Position numbers and translations under genes: made by a program. This document shows positions 28,469 to 38,963 of a DNA stretch of 64,000 nucleotides, in pieces. The notes under the pieces are model-generated. The model was given only the letters and a program-made list of their open reading frames with translations. It was not told the origin of the DNA and ran no database searches. Position 1 is the stretch's first letter, and each line of letters opens with the position of its first letter. The DNA comes from an uncultured bacterium (GTDB taxonomy: Bacteria > Auribacterota > Erginobacteria > Erginobacterales > Erginobacteraceae): assembly GCA_963822585.1 (NCBI GenBank), contig CAWGIE010000011.1, positions 32,001-96,000 of the forward strand, written 5' to 3'.

Positions 28469-29866
28469 CTATACACAGTTTAAGGGGTTCCGGGCCAGTT
28501 CGTCCGCCAGACGCCCGATATCGCCCGCGCCCATGATCACGACAATGTCCCCGGCCCCGGTTTCCCGGTCCAGGTACGGCCGGATCGCCGGCTGATCCAT
28601 CAGGAGCGCGTCGGACCGGCCCCGGGCCCCCAAAGCATCCACCAGAAGAGCGGAACTGACCCCGGGCAGAGCACGTTCAAACGCGGGGTACAGCCCGGTG
28701 ACGATGATCCGGTCAGCCCCGGTCAAAGCCTCGGCCAGTTCACGGAAAAAATACCGGGTCCGGCTGTACCGGTGGGGCTGGAAAACACACCAGATTCTCC
28801 GGGGGCGCGCGGACCGGACGGCAGCGAGCGCGGCGGCGATCTCTATCGGGTGGTGGGCATAATCCTCCATGACCACGACGGGACCGGCCGACCTGATCTC
28901 CAACCGCCGACGGGTTCCCCGGAACCGGGCCAGAGCCCGGGCGATTACCGGAAAAGCAACCCCCTCGGACAGGCAGAGGGCGATCGCGCCCAGACTATTC
29001 TGCACATTGCAGAGACCAAGCTGGGGAAGGATTATCTCCCCCAGTGCGTCACCGTCTTTCTCGACCGTGAAGCGACTCCCGCCCCGGTCCAGGCGAATAT
29101 CGGCGGCACGGACCTGAGCGGCGGGGGCAAGACCGTAGGTTATCACCCGGTCGACTCCAGCCCGGAGTCGATCACGATCCGGGGTATCCTGCTGTATGAT
29201 CAACGTCCCTTCTGCCGGCAAATGGTCCACAAAGCGGCGAAAGGTACCGGCGAGCTTCTCCCAGCCGGTATAATAGTCGATATGGTCCAGGTCCAAACCG
29301 GTTATCACTTCCGCGAAGGGGAAGAGACGTTCGAGAGAGCCGTCACTCTCATCCGCCTCCGCCACCAGTAACTCACCCTCACCCCATCCCCGGTTATTTT
29401 CCAGCCCGATAGCATCGCCGCCCAGGGCCAGGGACGGATCATAGCCGCCCTCGACCAGGATCCAGGCGATCATCGAGGCCGTCGATGTCTTCCCGTGGCT
29501 ACCGGCGACCGCGATCCCTTTCTTCAGCTTCATCAATCCCGACAGAAGTTCCGAGCGGTGGAGAATGGGGATCCCCCCGTCCCTCGCCTCCGCCAGTTCA
29601 GGATTATCCCCGGGCACGGCGGAGGAATACACCAGAACATCCGCCGTTTCCGCATGTTCCGACCGGTGACCTGCCATGATGCGAGCGCCCTGGGCGGAGA
29701 GACGTTCGGTCGACGGATTCCGGCGGAGGTCGGAACCGGAGACCTCCAATCCCAGGGATATCATGATCCGGGCCAGAACATTCATCCCGGCGCCGCCGAT
29801 CCCGACAAAGTGGACCGCGGCGACATCCGGACGCCCGAATACCGTAATTTTCTCAGAGGTCTTCAC
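28469..29866 (-). CDS. murC: UDP-N-acetylmuramate--L-alanine ligase
   Basis: HFVGIGGAGM, GSHGKTST, EADESDGS, DYAHHP, FQPHRYSRT, MGAGDI. Confidence 0.97.
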   Translation of the reverse strand: MKTSEKITVFGRPDVAAVHFVGIGGAGMNVLARIMISLGLEVSGSDLRRNPSTERLSAQGARIMAGHRSEHAETADVLVYSSAVPGDNPELAEARDGGIPILHRSELLSGLMKLKKGIAVAGSHGKTSTASMIAWILVEGGYDPSLALGGDAIGLENNRGWGEGELLVAEADESDGSLERLFPFAEVITGLDLDHIDYYTGWEKLAGTFRRFVDHLPAEGTLIIQQDTPDRDRLRAGVDRVITYGLAPAAQVRAADIRLDRGGSRFTVEKDGDALGEIILPQLGLCNVQNSLGAIALCLSEGVAFPVIARALARFRGTRRRLEIRSAGPVVVMEDYAHHPIEIAAALAAVRSARPRRIWCVFQPHRYSRTRYFFRELAEALTGADRIIVTGLYPAFERALPGVSSALLVDALGARGRSDALLMDQPAIRPYLDRETGAGDIVVIMGAGDIGRLADELARNPLNCV

Positions 29867-30963
29867 TGCTTCTCCCGAATCACTTCCTCGAAAATACCGA
29901 TCATCTTCGCGGCGGCACCGGGGAGAGCCAACCCCCGGGCAGCACGGGTCATCTTCTTCCGCTCCTCCTGGTCCCCGCTCAACCGCCGGATCTGCTCGAC
30001 CAGGAGTGGCGGACTTACCTCCGCCTGCTCATAAACAAGGGCCGCGCCGGCATTCTGGAAATAGCGGGCATTGGCCAGCTGATGATCGTCGGTGGCCCAC
30101 GGATAAGGGATCAATATCGAGGGAAGTCCCCAGCAGGCAATCTCGCTCAACGTCGCCCCACCCGCCCTTCCGATCACCAGGTCGGCCAGGCTGTATGCCC
30201 GACCGATCTCATCCAGCTCGGCGAAGACGGCGGACGTCAGTCCGCCCTGACGGTAGGCGGAGATCAGCTTTTCCACGTCCTCCGTCCCCGCGCAATGAAT
30301 AAATTGGGCGCAACAGGCGGGGATTGCCCGGCGGCGAACGGTTTCTTCGAGCAGCCGGTTAACGGGACGCGCCCCCCGGCTCCCGCCCAGCACCAGAACC
30401 GTGAACCTGCCCGGGGCCAGGCCCCATTCGTCAAGAGTCCCCTCTCCGGCTTCGACCCGGGCAATGCTCCTGACCGGGAAGCCGATCCCCGGCAAAATCC
30501 CCGGGATATCTCCGGCGGACGGGACCGGATAACTGCAGATCACCCGCGATGAATACCGGGATAAAAACCTATTGGCGCGTCCCATGACGACGTTCTGTTC
30601 GTGAAGCACCGCCGGGATATGCAAGCGGTGGGCGGCCAATACGGGAGGAACCGCCACATACCCCCCGAGGCCGATCACCAGGTCGGGAGAAAACGCGGCC
30701 AGCTCGACTGACGCCCGGCGATACCCCCGCAGGTTTCGCAGCCCCGACCGGGGCATGGTCCACCAGCGCCGGGGAGTGAAACTGGCCGCCGGTATGGAGG
30801 CTACCCGGCAGCCGGAGACGGTTTTTTCAAGCCACCGGGCGGGTCTCCCGGCGGTCAGAAAAAGTGCCGGGGAATTATCTTGCCGGGTCCGCAGCTCTTC
30901 GAGAAGAGCGATCGCCGGGGCAAGGTGACCGCCGGTCCCTCCGCCGGCAAAAGCCAGTTTCAT
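29863..30963 (-). CDS. murG: Lipid II GlcNAc transferase MurG
   Basis: GGGTGGH, GGYV, HEQN, GGSRGA, RAGGAT, DDHQLANA. Confidence 0.96.
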   Translation of the reverse strand: MKLAFAGGGTGGHLAPAIALLEELRTRQDNSPALFLTAGRPARWLEKTVSGCRVASIPAASFTPRRWWTMPRSGLRNLRGYRRASVELAAFSPDLVIGLGGYVAVPPVLAAHRLHIPAVLHEQNVVMGRANRFLSRYSSRVICSYPVPSAGDIPGILPGIGFPVRSIARVEAGEGTLDEWGLAPGRFTVLVLGGSRGARPVNRLLEETVRRRAIPACCAQFIHCAGTEDVEKLISAYRQGGLTSAVFAELDEIGRAYSLADLVIGRAGGATLSEIACWGLPSILIPYPWATDDHQLANARYFQNAGAALVYEQAEVSPPLLVEQIRRLSGDQEERKKMTRAARGLALPGAAAKMIGIFEEVIREKQ

Positions 30964-31135
30964 GCACTCGCCTCTTCAACCTTTTCAGTGGAAAGAGCTT
31001 CTTGCTCCCGGCGCGGGCGATAGCGGCAACTGCCGTAGTTCCGGAAACAGTACTGTAGAACATGGGGGACCTCGATGGCTTTCAGCATGCTGCTGATAAA
31101 ACAGGTATTGAAATGAGGACAAATATCGTCTATCA

Positions 31136-32296
31136 TCACGAACTCTCCTTTTTTGATTTACTGAAAACGTAGACAGGCTCACCACCCCGGCGATAGCGAC
31201 ATTCGCTGTCCCGGTGAGCCGCGATATTAACCAGAATTCCCACCGCAAAAAAGCTGGCGATCATGTTCGAACCGCCGTAACTGACAAACGGCAGGGGCAG
31301 GCCCTTGGTGGGCAGTATGCCCGATGCCACCCCCATGTTGACCATGGCTTGCAATACCAGCATCGCGGTAATACCCTGCGCGAGCAGAGATCCGAAAAGA
31401 TCTTCCGCTCTCCGGGCCACGGCGAAACCGGCGATCAGCAAACCGACCACCAGGCCGATCACCAGGCCGGTCCCCAGGAACCCCAATTCCTCTCCCAGGA
31501 TTGAAAAGATGAAATCGGTGGTGGCCGCGGGCAGATAAAAAAGCTTCTGACGGCTTTCTCCCAAACCCAGGCCGGTCGGGCCGCCGGAGCCCAGGGCGAT
31601 CAACGACTGGATAATCTGGAATCCGGTCCCCCGGGGATCGGCCCAGGGATCGATGAAGGCCAGTATCCTCCGCTTGCGATAGCCGACCTTGGCGATCATC
31701 ATCGCCAGAATCGGGATTGCCGAGAGACAGAGCACCCCCATATGAGCAAGCCGGGCGCCGCCAAGGTAGAGCATTAAGAGCCCGATCAACCCGATACTGA
31801 GGGCCGATCCCAGATCCGGCTGTATGACAATCAGCCCGCAGAGAACTCCGATCACCGCCAGCGGAGGAAGAAAGCCAGTGGTGAAGTTGTGGAGGGAACT
31901 CTGGCGGCGGGAGAGCAGATCGGCCAGATAGATGATCACCAGGTACTTCACCAGCTCCGAAGGCTGGAACCTCATCCCTCCCACGTTTAGCCACCTGCGG
32001 GCGCCTCCGCCACTCCAACCCAGACCGGGGATAAAAACCGCCACCAGAAGGAGGGCCCCGAGCAGGAGTAACAGACGGCTCCTTTTCTGGAACCAGTGGT
32101 AATCTATCCGTCCGGCGATAACAAAGACAATGGCGCCGGTAAAAAGCCAGAGCAGCTGGCGCTTCAACAGGAAGTAACCGTCCCCGTATTTATCGGAAGC
32201 ATAGACGTTGCTGCTGCTATAGATCATCAGCAGCCCCACGCCGAGAAGGGCGGCAACCAGAAAAATCAACACTATCTTCAGGTGGCTGGCAAACAT
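31136..32296 (-). CDS. ftsW: SEDS family peptidoglycan polymerase FtsW
   Basis: GARRW, FQPSELVK, QPDLG, GSGG, TDFIF, PTKGLPLPFVSYGGS. Confidence 0.96.
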   Translation of the reverse strand: MFASHLKIVLIFLVAALLGVGLLMIYSSSNVYASDKYGDGYFLLKRQLLWLFTGAIVFVIAGRIDYHWFQKRSRLLLLLGALLLVAVFIPGLGWSGGGARRWLNVGGMRFQPSELVKYLVIIYLADLLSRRQSSLHNFTTGFLPPLAVIGVLCGLIVIQPDLGSALSIGLIGLLMLYLGGARLAHMGVLCLSAIPILAMMIAKVGYRKRRILAFIDPWADPRGTGFQIIQSLIALGSGGPTGLGLGESRQKLFYLPAATTDFIFSILGEELGFLGTGLVIGLVVGLLIAGFAVARRAEDLFGSLLAQGITAMLVLQAMVNMGVASGILPTKGLPLPFVSYGGSNMIASFFAVGILVNIAAHRDSECRYRRGGEPVYVFSKSKKESS

Positions 32297-32352
32297 GGTT
32301 TTTATCACCCGCGGCACCCCGGACAACGATCCGGTTGTCCGGCTCCCGCTCT

Positions 32353-32787
32353 TTACGGTATCCGAAGCTTCTGACCGATGGATAACCGGCCGGCGTCTTG
32401 CAGCGAGTTGGCTTCCTGAATTGCCTGCACGCTGACGCCGTATTCACGGCTAATCGCCCAGAGTGTGTCCCCTTTCACGACCGTGTGGAAGCGTTCGACC
32501 GAGGGCGGCGCCGCGGGAGCAGCCGGGGCTTTGGATACGGCGACCTCTTCCTCCTCCATCACGGCATCCCCTTCTTTCGCCGTATCGCCGGGAATGACTT
32601 CCTCTTCAACCAGAGTTTCTTCAGTCTCAACCGCCGGGGGCATTTCTTCATCCTGCGAAGCCGTTTGCACCCGGGGAGTCTCCTTCGTCTTGTCGGGTGC
32701 GGTATGGCACCCGCCGATGAAACTCCAGATCAAGACCGAGACCAGGGAACCCAGACCCGCATACAAAATCATCTTTGTCTTACTCAT
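32353..32787 (-). CDS. LysM-domain (lipo)protein
   Basis: Hydrophobic N-terminus ending IGGC, acidic linker, C-terminal LysM (HTVVKGDTLWAIS...LSIGQKLRIP). Confidence 0.9.
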   Translation of the reverse strand: MSKTKMILYAGLGSLVSVLIWSFIGGCHTAPDKTKETPRVQTASQDEEMPPAVETEETLVEEEVIPGDTAKEGDAVMEEEEVAVSKAPAAPAAPPSVERFHTVVKGDTLWAISREYGVSVQAIQEANSLQDAGRLSIGQKLRIP

Positions 32788-32835
32788 CCGCTTCCTCCTT
32801 GCTTGAAGGTTGCCTCGACATGAGGTTGTTTTACT

Positions 32836-34221
32836 CTATAAACCGTTTGAGCCGATTAAACGGTTCGAACCGTTCGAACCTCCGGTAAATTTTTCGATCA
32901 GTTCCTTGAATCTTTCACCCCGCTGGCGATAATCGGTAAACATGTCAAAACTGGCACACCCGGGCGAGAGCAGAACAATGTCACCCGGTTCAGCCCGATG
33001 GAAAGCTTCGGCTACCGCCTCCTCCAGCCCGGCGACAAGCTGAAAAGGAACACGCCCGTCCACCAGGCGGCGCAGCTTTTCACGGCTCTCCCCCATTAAA
33101 AGAGCCAGCCGAACCGCACCGGACAGGAAGGGTTCGAGGAGCGAGAAATCCAGCTTTTTATCGCTTCCCCCGGCCAGCCAGATAACCGGCCGATCAAATG
33201 ATTCCAGCGCCGCCGCCGCCGCACCCGGATTGGTGGCCTTGGAATCGTTAAAAAATGAAACCCCGCCGCGCTCGGATACGTATTCCAGCCGGTGGGGCAA
33301 CCCGCGAAACGAACGGACCGCCTCACCGATGACAGACGGGGATACCCCCGCCAGAAAAGCAGCCGCCGCGGCCGCCATCACGTTCTGCCGGTTATGCGGA
33401 CCGCGTAAAAGCATCTCGTTTTCCCCGCATATCTTCCTCCGCCGGCCCGCGGCATGAAGCCAGATATTCCCTCCTTCACTCTGGACCAGCCCGTCAGGGT
33501 CTCCCCAGAAATGCATCTCCACTCCGGGGGGAAGGGCTTCTTCGAGAAGAGGCTGGAGACTCCGCGGCAAGAGAGCCGTGTCCCCCGGTCCCTGGTTCAT
33601 AAAGATCCGCTGCTTGGCGGTCATGTATTCCGACATCGCCCGGTACCTGTCCAGATGGTCGGGAGCCAGATTCAGGAAAACCGCCGTCCCCGGATGAAAT
33701 GTCTCGATCCTCTCCAGTTGGAATGAGCTGACCTCGGCCACAACCGTCATCCCCGGCCTCTGTTCCAAGACAATCCGGGAGAGAGGATGGCCGATGTTGC
33801 CCCCCGCCACCGCCGCGATACCCGCCCGGCGGAGAATCTCAACAAGCAGGCTTACCGTGGTGGTTTTTCCGTTGGTTCCGGTTACGGCGATAAGAGGGCC
33901 GGGCAGAAAACGCGATGCCAGTTCCACCTCTCCCGTAACGGGTATCCCCTCCTCCCGGGCACGGATGATACACGGATGGGAATACGGTATCCCGGGACTG
34001 ACAACCAGCAGATCGCAGGGAACGGCTTCGCCTGTTTCTCCCCCCCCCAGCGTGACGGACGCCCCCATCCCCCGAAGCCGGGCGGCCCGTTCCCACAGCC
34101 GGATCTGTTCCCCGTCGTCGAGAACGGTGACCGAAGCTTTTTCCTTCAGCAAAAGCTCTGCCGCGGCTTCGCCGCTCAGTCCCAACCCCAGAACCAGCAC
34201 CTTTTTTCCCTTCACTTCCAC
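32836..34221 (-). CDS. murD: UDP-MurNAc-L-Ala--D-glutamate ligase
   Basis: GLGLSG, VTGTNGKTTT, EVSSFQL, DHLDRY, NDSKATN, SPGCASFD. Confidence 0.97.
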   Translation of the reverse strand: MEVKGKKVLVLGLGLSGEAAAELLLKEKASVTVLDDGEQIRLWERAARLRGMGASVTLGGGETGEAVPCDLLVVSPGIPYSHPCIIRAREEGIPVTGEVELASRFLPGPLIAVTGTNGKTTTVSLLVEILRRAGIAAVAGGNIGHPLSRIVLEQRPGMTVVAEVSSFQLERIETFHPGTAVFLNLAPDHLDRYRAMSEYMTAKQRIFMNQGPGDTALLPRSLQPLLEEALPPGVEMHFWGDPDGLVQSEGGNIWLHAAGRRRKICGENEMLLRGPHNRQNVMAAAAAAFLAGVSPSVIGEAVRSFRGLPHRLEYVSERGGVSFFNDSKATNPGAAAAALESFDRPVIWLAGGSDKKLDFSLLEPFLSGAVRLALLMGESREKLRRLVDGRVPFQLVAGLEEAVAEAFHRAEPGDIVLLSPGCASFDMFTDYRQRGERFKELIEKFTGGSNGSNRLIGSNGL

Positions 34222-34282
34222 CCTGGATTCCCCCTACCCGTCACAACACGTCCGAGAATGTATCTCCTTCGGCATAATTTTT

Positions 34283-34381
34283 AACCACGAAGGACACGAA
34301 GTTCACGAAGGAGATGAAGAAAATTTAAATTATTAATAGATTTCACAAATTTTTCTTCGTGTACTTCGTGCTCTTCGTGGT
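34283..34381. repeat. Family B 9-mer inverted repeat
   Basis: aaccacgaaggacacgaagttcacgaag...cttcgtgtacttcgtgctcttcgtggt. Confidence 0.85.
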
Positions 34382-34484
34382 GATTATCTGTCTTGTTTAC
34401 GTTTTTGAAATTCCGAAGCAGTATGATTTATTCTTTATTCCCCGTTGCCGCCGCCGCAAAATCCAATATCTGCCTTCTCTCGTC

Positions 34485-35588
34485 TCATTGCATCTTGAGC
34501 GCGCCCAGACCAATCAGGGCGAAGATAATCGCGCAGATCCAGAACCGGACAGTGATCTTGCTCTCCGGTATATTCTGTAGCTCAAAGTGATGATGCAGGG
34601 GGGCCATCTTGAAAATCCGGCGACCACGCAGCTTGAAAGAAAGCACCTGAAGGATAACCGACGCCGCCTCGATCACGAAAACTCCGCCGATCAGAACCAG
34701 GAAAAACTCCTTTTTAATCAAAACCGCCACCGTCCCGATGGCCCCGCCGCAGGCCAGCGCCCCGGTATCACCCATAAAAACCTGGGCCGGATAGGCGTTG
34801 AACCAGAGGAAACCAAGGCTGGCGCCTCCCAGAGCGGCACAGAAAACCGCCAGTTCCCCGGCCCCGGGGATATATAACGCCTGCAGGTACTCTGAAAACC
34901 GGGCGTGCCCGCTGATGTACGATAAAACGGCAAAGGCCAGGGCGGCGATGGCCAGACAGCCGATCGCCAGTCCATCGAGGCCATCGGTCAGGTTGACCGC
35001 GTTGGTGCTCCCGACCAGGACCAGGATAGTAAAAATAACAGAAAATAAGCCGAGGTCCTGGATGAAAGCATGCTTATAAAACGGGATCAGAAAATGCCCG
35101 GCGTAGGAAGAAGTCTCCGGATGGTGGAGAAGGAAAACAGCCATCCCCAGTCCCAGAATTACCTGTCCGGCCAGCTTGACTTTTCCCGAAAGTCCCCGCC
35201 GGCCGATCTTCCGTAATTTGATCCAGTCGTCAGCAAAACCGATAACCCCCAGCCAGAGGGAGGAGATAACAATAACCTGTATCTGCAGGGTGGCCAGGCG
35301 CGCCCAGAGGAGGGTGGCCAGCATCACCGCCAGGAGTATAATCAGACCGCCCATGGTGGGGGTCCCCTCCTTATTTTTTTGATAGCGGTGGAGGGCCTCG
35401 TAGTGCTTGCCGGTCCGTATCTTCTCTCCGACCTTCAAATCCCGGAGTCGGGCAATGATCGGTTTGCCGAAGATGAGGGTGATCAGGAAGGCGCAAATCG
35501 CCGCCGCCGCCGCCCGGAATGTGATATATTTGAAGATATTGAACCCGAACCAAACGTCCCGAAGCGGATAAAAAATATAATAGAGCAT
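34485..35588 (-). CDS. mraY: Phospho-N-acetylmuramoyl-pentapeptide transferase
   Basis: KEGTPTMGG, NAVNLTDGLDGL, FMGDTG, MAPLHHHFEL. Confidence 0.98.
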   Translation of the reverse strand: MLYYIFYPLRDVWFGFNIFKYITFRAAAAAICAFLITLIFGKPIIARLRDLKVGEKIRTGKHYEALHRYQKNKEGTPTMGGLIILLAVMLATLLWARLATLQIQVIVISSLWLGVIGFADDWIKLRKIGRRGLSGKVKLAGQVILGLGMAVFLLHHPETSSYAGHFLIPFYKHAFIQDLGLFSVIFTILVLVGSTNAVNLTDGLDGLAIGCLAIAALAFAVLSYISGHARFSEYLQALYIPGAGELAVFCAALGGASLGFLWFNAYPAQVFMGDTGALACGGAIGTVAVLIKKEFFLVLIGGVFVIEAASVILQVLSFKLRGRRIFKMAPLHHHFELQNIPESKITVRFWICAIIFALIGLGALKMQ

Positions 35589-35649
35589 AATTACACCCCT
35601 ATGCTAATGCATCACTGTCTTTCTATAAATGAAGCATGAACTGAACGTA

Positions 35650-37098
35650 TCATCCTTGCGTCATTCGGAAGTGGGGATTCTTTCGGATTCCGTCATTCGG
35701 AATTCGTCTTTTCTCTGTTTCCCGCAATCTTTCCACAATCTCTTCCATGGCCATGACCCGGGATCCTTTAATGAGGACGCAGTCTCCCGGACGAAGAATA
35801 TCCTGGAGAACAGCGGCCGCCGTTCGACAGTCACCGACGGTGCTTATCTTTTCCCTCGGGAACCCCCGGTTCAACGCGCCGGCTGTTCCCGACCGCGAAC
35901 GGGGGCCGACGAATACCAGGTAATCGAGCCCCGATTCTCCCAGGAGCGCGCCCCACTCTCGATGATTATCCTCCGAAAAAGGGCCCAGTTCATTCATATC
36001 GCCGCTGACCATGATCCTGCGCCCCCGGCAATCCATCCCCAGCCAGGTCTCCAGGGCGGCCCGCATCGAGGCCGGATTGGCGTTATAGGCGTCGTTGATG
36101 ATGACCGTGCCCCGCACCATGATCTTTTCCAGGCGCCGGGGGGGAAGCCGCACGGTACGGACCGTCGACTCAAGCACTTGAGGGGAAACGCCATAATGGT
36201 CCGCGACTCCCAGGGCGCCCAGAAGGTTGTACACATTATGGCGACCGGGGAGGGGTGAATCGATCGTCAGGGCCCCTCCGGGCAGCATGACCTTGAAACG
36301 GACTCCATCGGGCAGGAAGACGGGTTCGGAAGCCCTGACGCGGGCGGAGGGGCCGAACCCGAACCCGATTACCGGTCCCGGGGCGGAAACGGCCATGGCG
36401 GCCACCCGACGGTCGTCGACGTTCAGAAAAGAAGTTCTTTCACCCGTCAAACCCGACAGCAACGCCGCCTTCTCGGCAGCAATCTCCTCGATGCTGCCCA
36501 GGTTGCCGATATGGGCAGGTCCGACATTGGTGATCACCGCCACCGAAGGACGACAGATCCCCGCCAATTCCCCGATCTCCCCCCTCCGGTTCATCCCCAC
36601 CTCGAAGACCGCCGCCCGGTGATGTCTCTCCAGCCGGAGAACGGTCAGCGAAAGACCGATCAGGTTGTTGTAACTGGCCGGCGCGATGAGAGTATCCATC
36701 TCGGCGCCCAGGAGCCGGCCGATCAGATTTTTTGTCGTGGTCTTGCCGTTGCTGCCGGTCACGGCAACGGCCGCCACCTGAAAAAGAGCCCGATAATTCC
36801 GGGCCAGGGCGCCCAGCGCCCGTGAAGAATCCTCCACCAGGATCAGGGCGCTTTGCCCGGTTCGAAGATCGAGGCCCGGAACCGGGCGTGAGGCGATCAC
36901 GCCGACCGCACCCCGGGCCAGGGCGACGGCGGCGTAATCATGCCCGTCAAACCGTTTGCCGGAAAGGGCCAGAAAAAGCTCTCCGGGCACCACGCTGCGG
37001 CTGTCGATGCTGATGCCGATTATCCGCGCGGACGGGTTGCCCCCCAGCAGTTTCCCTCCCGACCAGGCGGCAATAGTTTGTAGTTGTTGCGGCTCCAT
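35650..37098 (-). CDS. murF: UDP-MurNAc-tripeptide--D-Ala-D-Ala ligase
   Basis: VTGSNGKTTTK, SYNNLIG, INDAYNANP, GDMNELG, KGSR. Confidence 0.97.
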   Translation of the reverse strand: MEPQQLQTIAAWSGGKLLGGNPSARIIGISIDSRSVVPGELFLALSGKRFDGHDYAAVALARGAVGVIASRPVPGLDLRTGQSALILVEDSSRALGALARNYRALFQVAAVAVTGSNGKTTTKNLIGRLLGAEMDTLIAPASYNNLIGLSLTVLRLERHHRAAVFEVGMNRRGEIGELAGICRPSVAVITNVGPAHIGNLGSIEEIAAEKAALLSGLTGERTSFLNVDDRRVAAMAVSAPGPVIGFGFGPSARVRASEPVFLPDGVRFKVMLPGGALTIDSPLPGRHNVYNLLGALGVADHYGVSPQVLESTVRTVRLPPRRLEKIMVRGTVIINDAYNANPASMRAALETWLGMDCRGRRIMVSGDMNELGPFSEDNHREWGALLGESGLDYLVFVGPRSRSGTAGALNRGFPREKISTVGDCRTAAAVLQDILRPGDCVLIKGSRVMAMEEIVERLRETEKRRIPNDGIRKNPHFRMTQG

Positions 37099-37175
37099 GA
37101 CTTTGGTTCAATCTCTATAATACAATATCGGTAAATGTTGATACTTTTTGTCTTACTTACTCCTGCTTTGATTTA

Positions 37176-37436
37176 AAATCCCAAATCACAAGCACCAAAT
37201 CCCAAACAAATCACAAATAACAAATCACAATGACCGAAACCGGCGACCGACCGTCCCGGATTAATCATCCTCATGATTGAGGATGATAATAGTTTTTCAT
37301 CTCGTACTAAACCGCTCCCCACCTTTGGCAAGCCGGAAGATCTTTCTTCGAGATTATATGGTGTCTTACAGTTTGTAATTTCGGTCATTGGAATTTTGAA
37401 TTTATTTGTTATTTGGTGCTTGGAATTTGTTATTTG
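37176..37436. repeat. Family D heptamer-armed inverted repeat
   Basis: Arms closely match 13215-13492, but the interior differs. Confidence 0.85.
37297..37388 (-). pseudogene. Possible relic of a four-helix-bundle (23S IVS-like) protein N-terminus
   Basis: MTEITNCKTPYNLEER, then after a 1-nt shift FRLAKGGERF. Resembles the Y(D/N)LEERTxxFAK start I recall for this family. Confidence 0.45.
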
Positions 37437-37487
37437 ATTCTGAGCAATCGTATTCTTACGCGCAATTTGATTACTGCCGTCTCTCCC

Positions 37488-38963
37488 TTAAATCTTTGCC
37501 AGGATATCCATGGCGACCTCCCGGTCATCAAAAGGGATGACCCGGTCATGGAAGATCTGCTGCCGTTCGTGGCCTTTTCCAGCGATCAGCACCACATCCC
37601 CCCGGCGCCCCAGCCGACAGGCTTTTTCGATCGCTTCCCGGCGGTCGACAACGGAAGACGCGGCGGTAAAGCCGGGGGGCAGGCCGCGCATGATCGCCCG
37701 GATAATTGCTTCCGGTTCCTCCGAACGTGGGTTGTCGGAAGTAACAATAACCTCGTCCGCCCAGCGCGCCGCCACCGCTCCCATCAACGGTCTCTTGCTG
37801 ACGTCCCGATCCCCCCCGCAGCCGAAGACCACGATGACCCGTTTTTGATAGAGGGCTCTCAGTGTCTTCAGAACATTTTCCAGGCCGTCGGGGGTATGGG
37901 CGTAGTCGATGAAAAGATCGAAACCGCCTCCGGTCTTCACCGGTTCCAGACGGCCGCTGATACCCCGATGCCGCCGGAGGGTGTCCAGTATCCGTCCCAT
38001 CTCTATCCCCTCGCTGAGGCCGAGGGCGATGACCGCCAGCGCGTTATAGACGTTGTGTTCCCCCGGCAGAACGATCCGGGCCGGGTATTCCTTCCCTTGC
38101 CAGCTCACCAGGAAAGAGGTCCCGGTCCGTTCCAGGCTGATCGCGGTGGCGCGAAGCTGCGACCGGGACGAGAGACCGTACATGATGGATGGGGTTTTCA
38201 GCCCTTCCACGATCCGTCGGCGCAAAGGATCGTCATTGTTGATGATCGCCATCCGACTCTCGGCCGGAGACCGCCCCCGGGATAGGTTCTCCAGAAAACT
38301 GAGCTTGGCGCCCTGGTACTGCTTCAACGTCCGGTGATAATCAAGATGTTCCCGGGAGAGATTGGTGAAGACGGCGGTCCCGAACTCGATCCCCGCCAGA
38401 CGCTGCTGGATGATGGCATGAGAGGAAACCTCCATGATAACGTGAGTAGCTCCCGTCCTCTTCATATCCGTCAGTAGTTCCTGAAGACGCGGCGGCGACG
38501 GGGTGGTGAGATCGGAGGGGAGCCGGCGTTCCCCGATTCCGTAATAGATCGTTCCTAAAAGACCGGTGGAAAGGCCGGCGTCATCAAAGACGTCGCGGGC
38601 CAGAACGGCCACGGTGGTCTTCCCGTTGGTGCCGGTGATGCCGATCATCTTCATACCCGCCGCCGGGTACTGATGGAAGCAATTGGCAAGCAGCGCCAGG
38701 GCACGGCGCGGGTCCTTCACTTTTACCTGGGCCAGATTACCGTTAACCGCGGAGGAAAACTCCGTCAACACCACCCCCACGCTCCCCCGATCCTTGGCTT
38801 CGGAGATAAAATCGACGCCGTTATGATATTTGCCGCTCACCGCCACGAAAAGATCGCCGGGCTTGATCCGCCGGGAATCCGCGGATATACCCTTCACATC
38901 AACTTCCATCCGGCCGCGGGTGGAGACAGGACGAATTTCATCGAGCATCCGGTTCAGTTTCAT
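37488..38963 (-). CDS. murE: UDP-MurNAc-dipeptide--meso-DAP ligase
   Basis: GTNGKTT, MEVSSH, HLDYH, DYAHTPD, GCGGDRD, and the DNPR motif associated with meso-DAP specificity. Confidence 0.97.
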   Translation of the reverse strand: MKLNRMLDEIRPVSTRGRMEVDVKGISADSRRIKPGDLFVAVSGKYHNGVDFISEAKDRGSVGVVLTEFSSAVNGNLAQVKVKDPRRALALLANCFHQYPAAGMKMIGITGTNGKTTVAVLARDVFDDAGLSTGLLGTIYYGIGERRLPSDLTTPSPPRLQELLTDMKRTGATHVIMEVSSHAIIQQRLAGIEFGTAVFTNLSREHLDYHRTLKQYQGAKLSFLENLSRGRSPAESRMAIINNDDPLRRRIVEGLKTPSIMYGLSSRSQLRATAISLERTGTSFLVSWQGKEYPARIVLPGEHNVYNALAVIALGLSEGIEMGRILDTLRRHRGISGRLEPVKTGGGFDLFIDYAHTPDGLENVLKTLRALYQKRVIVVFGCGGDRDVSKRPLMGAVAARWADEVIVTSDNPRSEEPEAIIRAIMRGLPPGFTAASSVVDRREAIEKACRLGRRGDVVLIAGKGHERQQIFHDRVIPFDDREVAMDILAKI

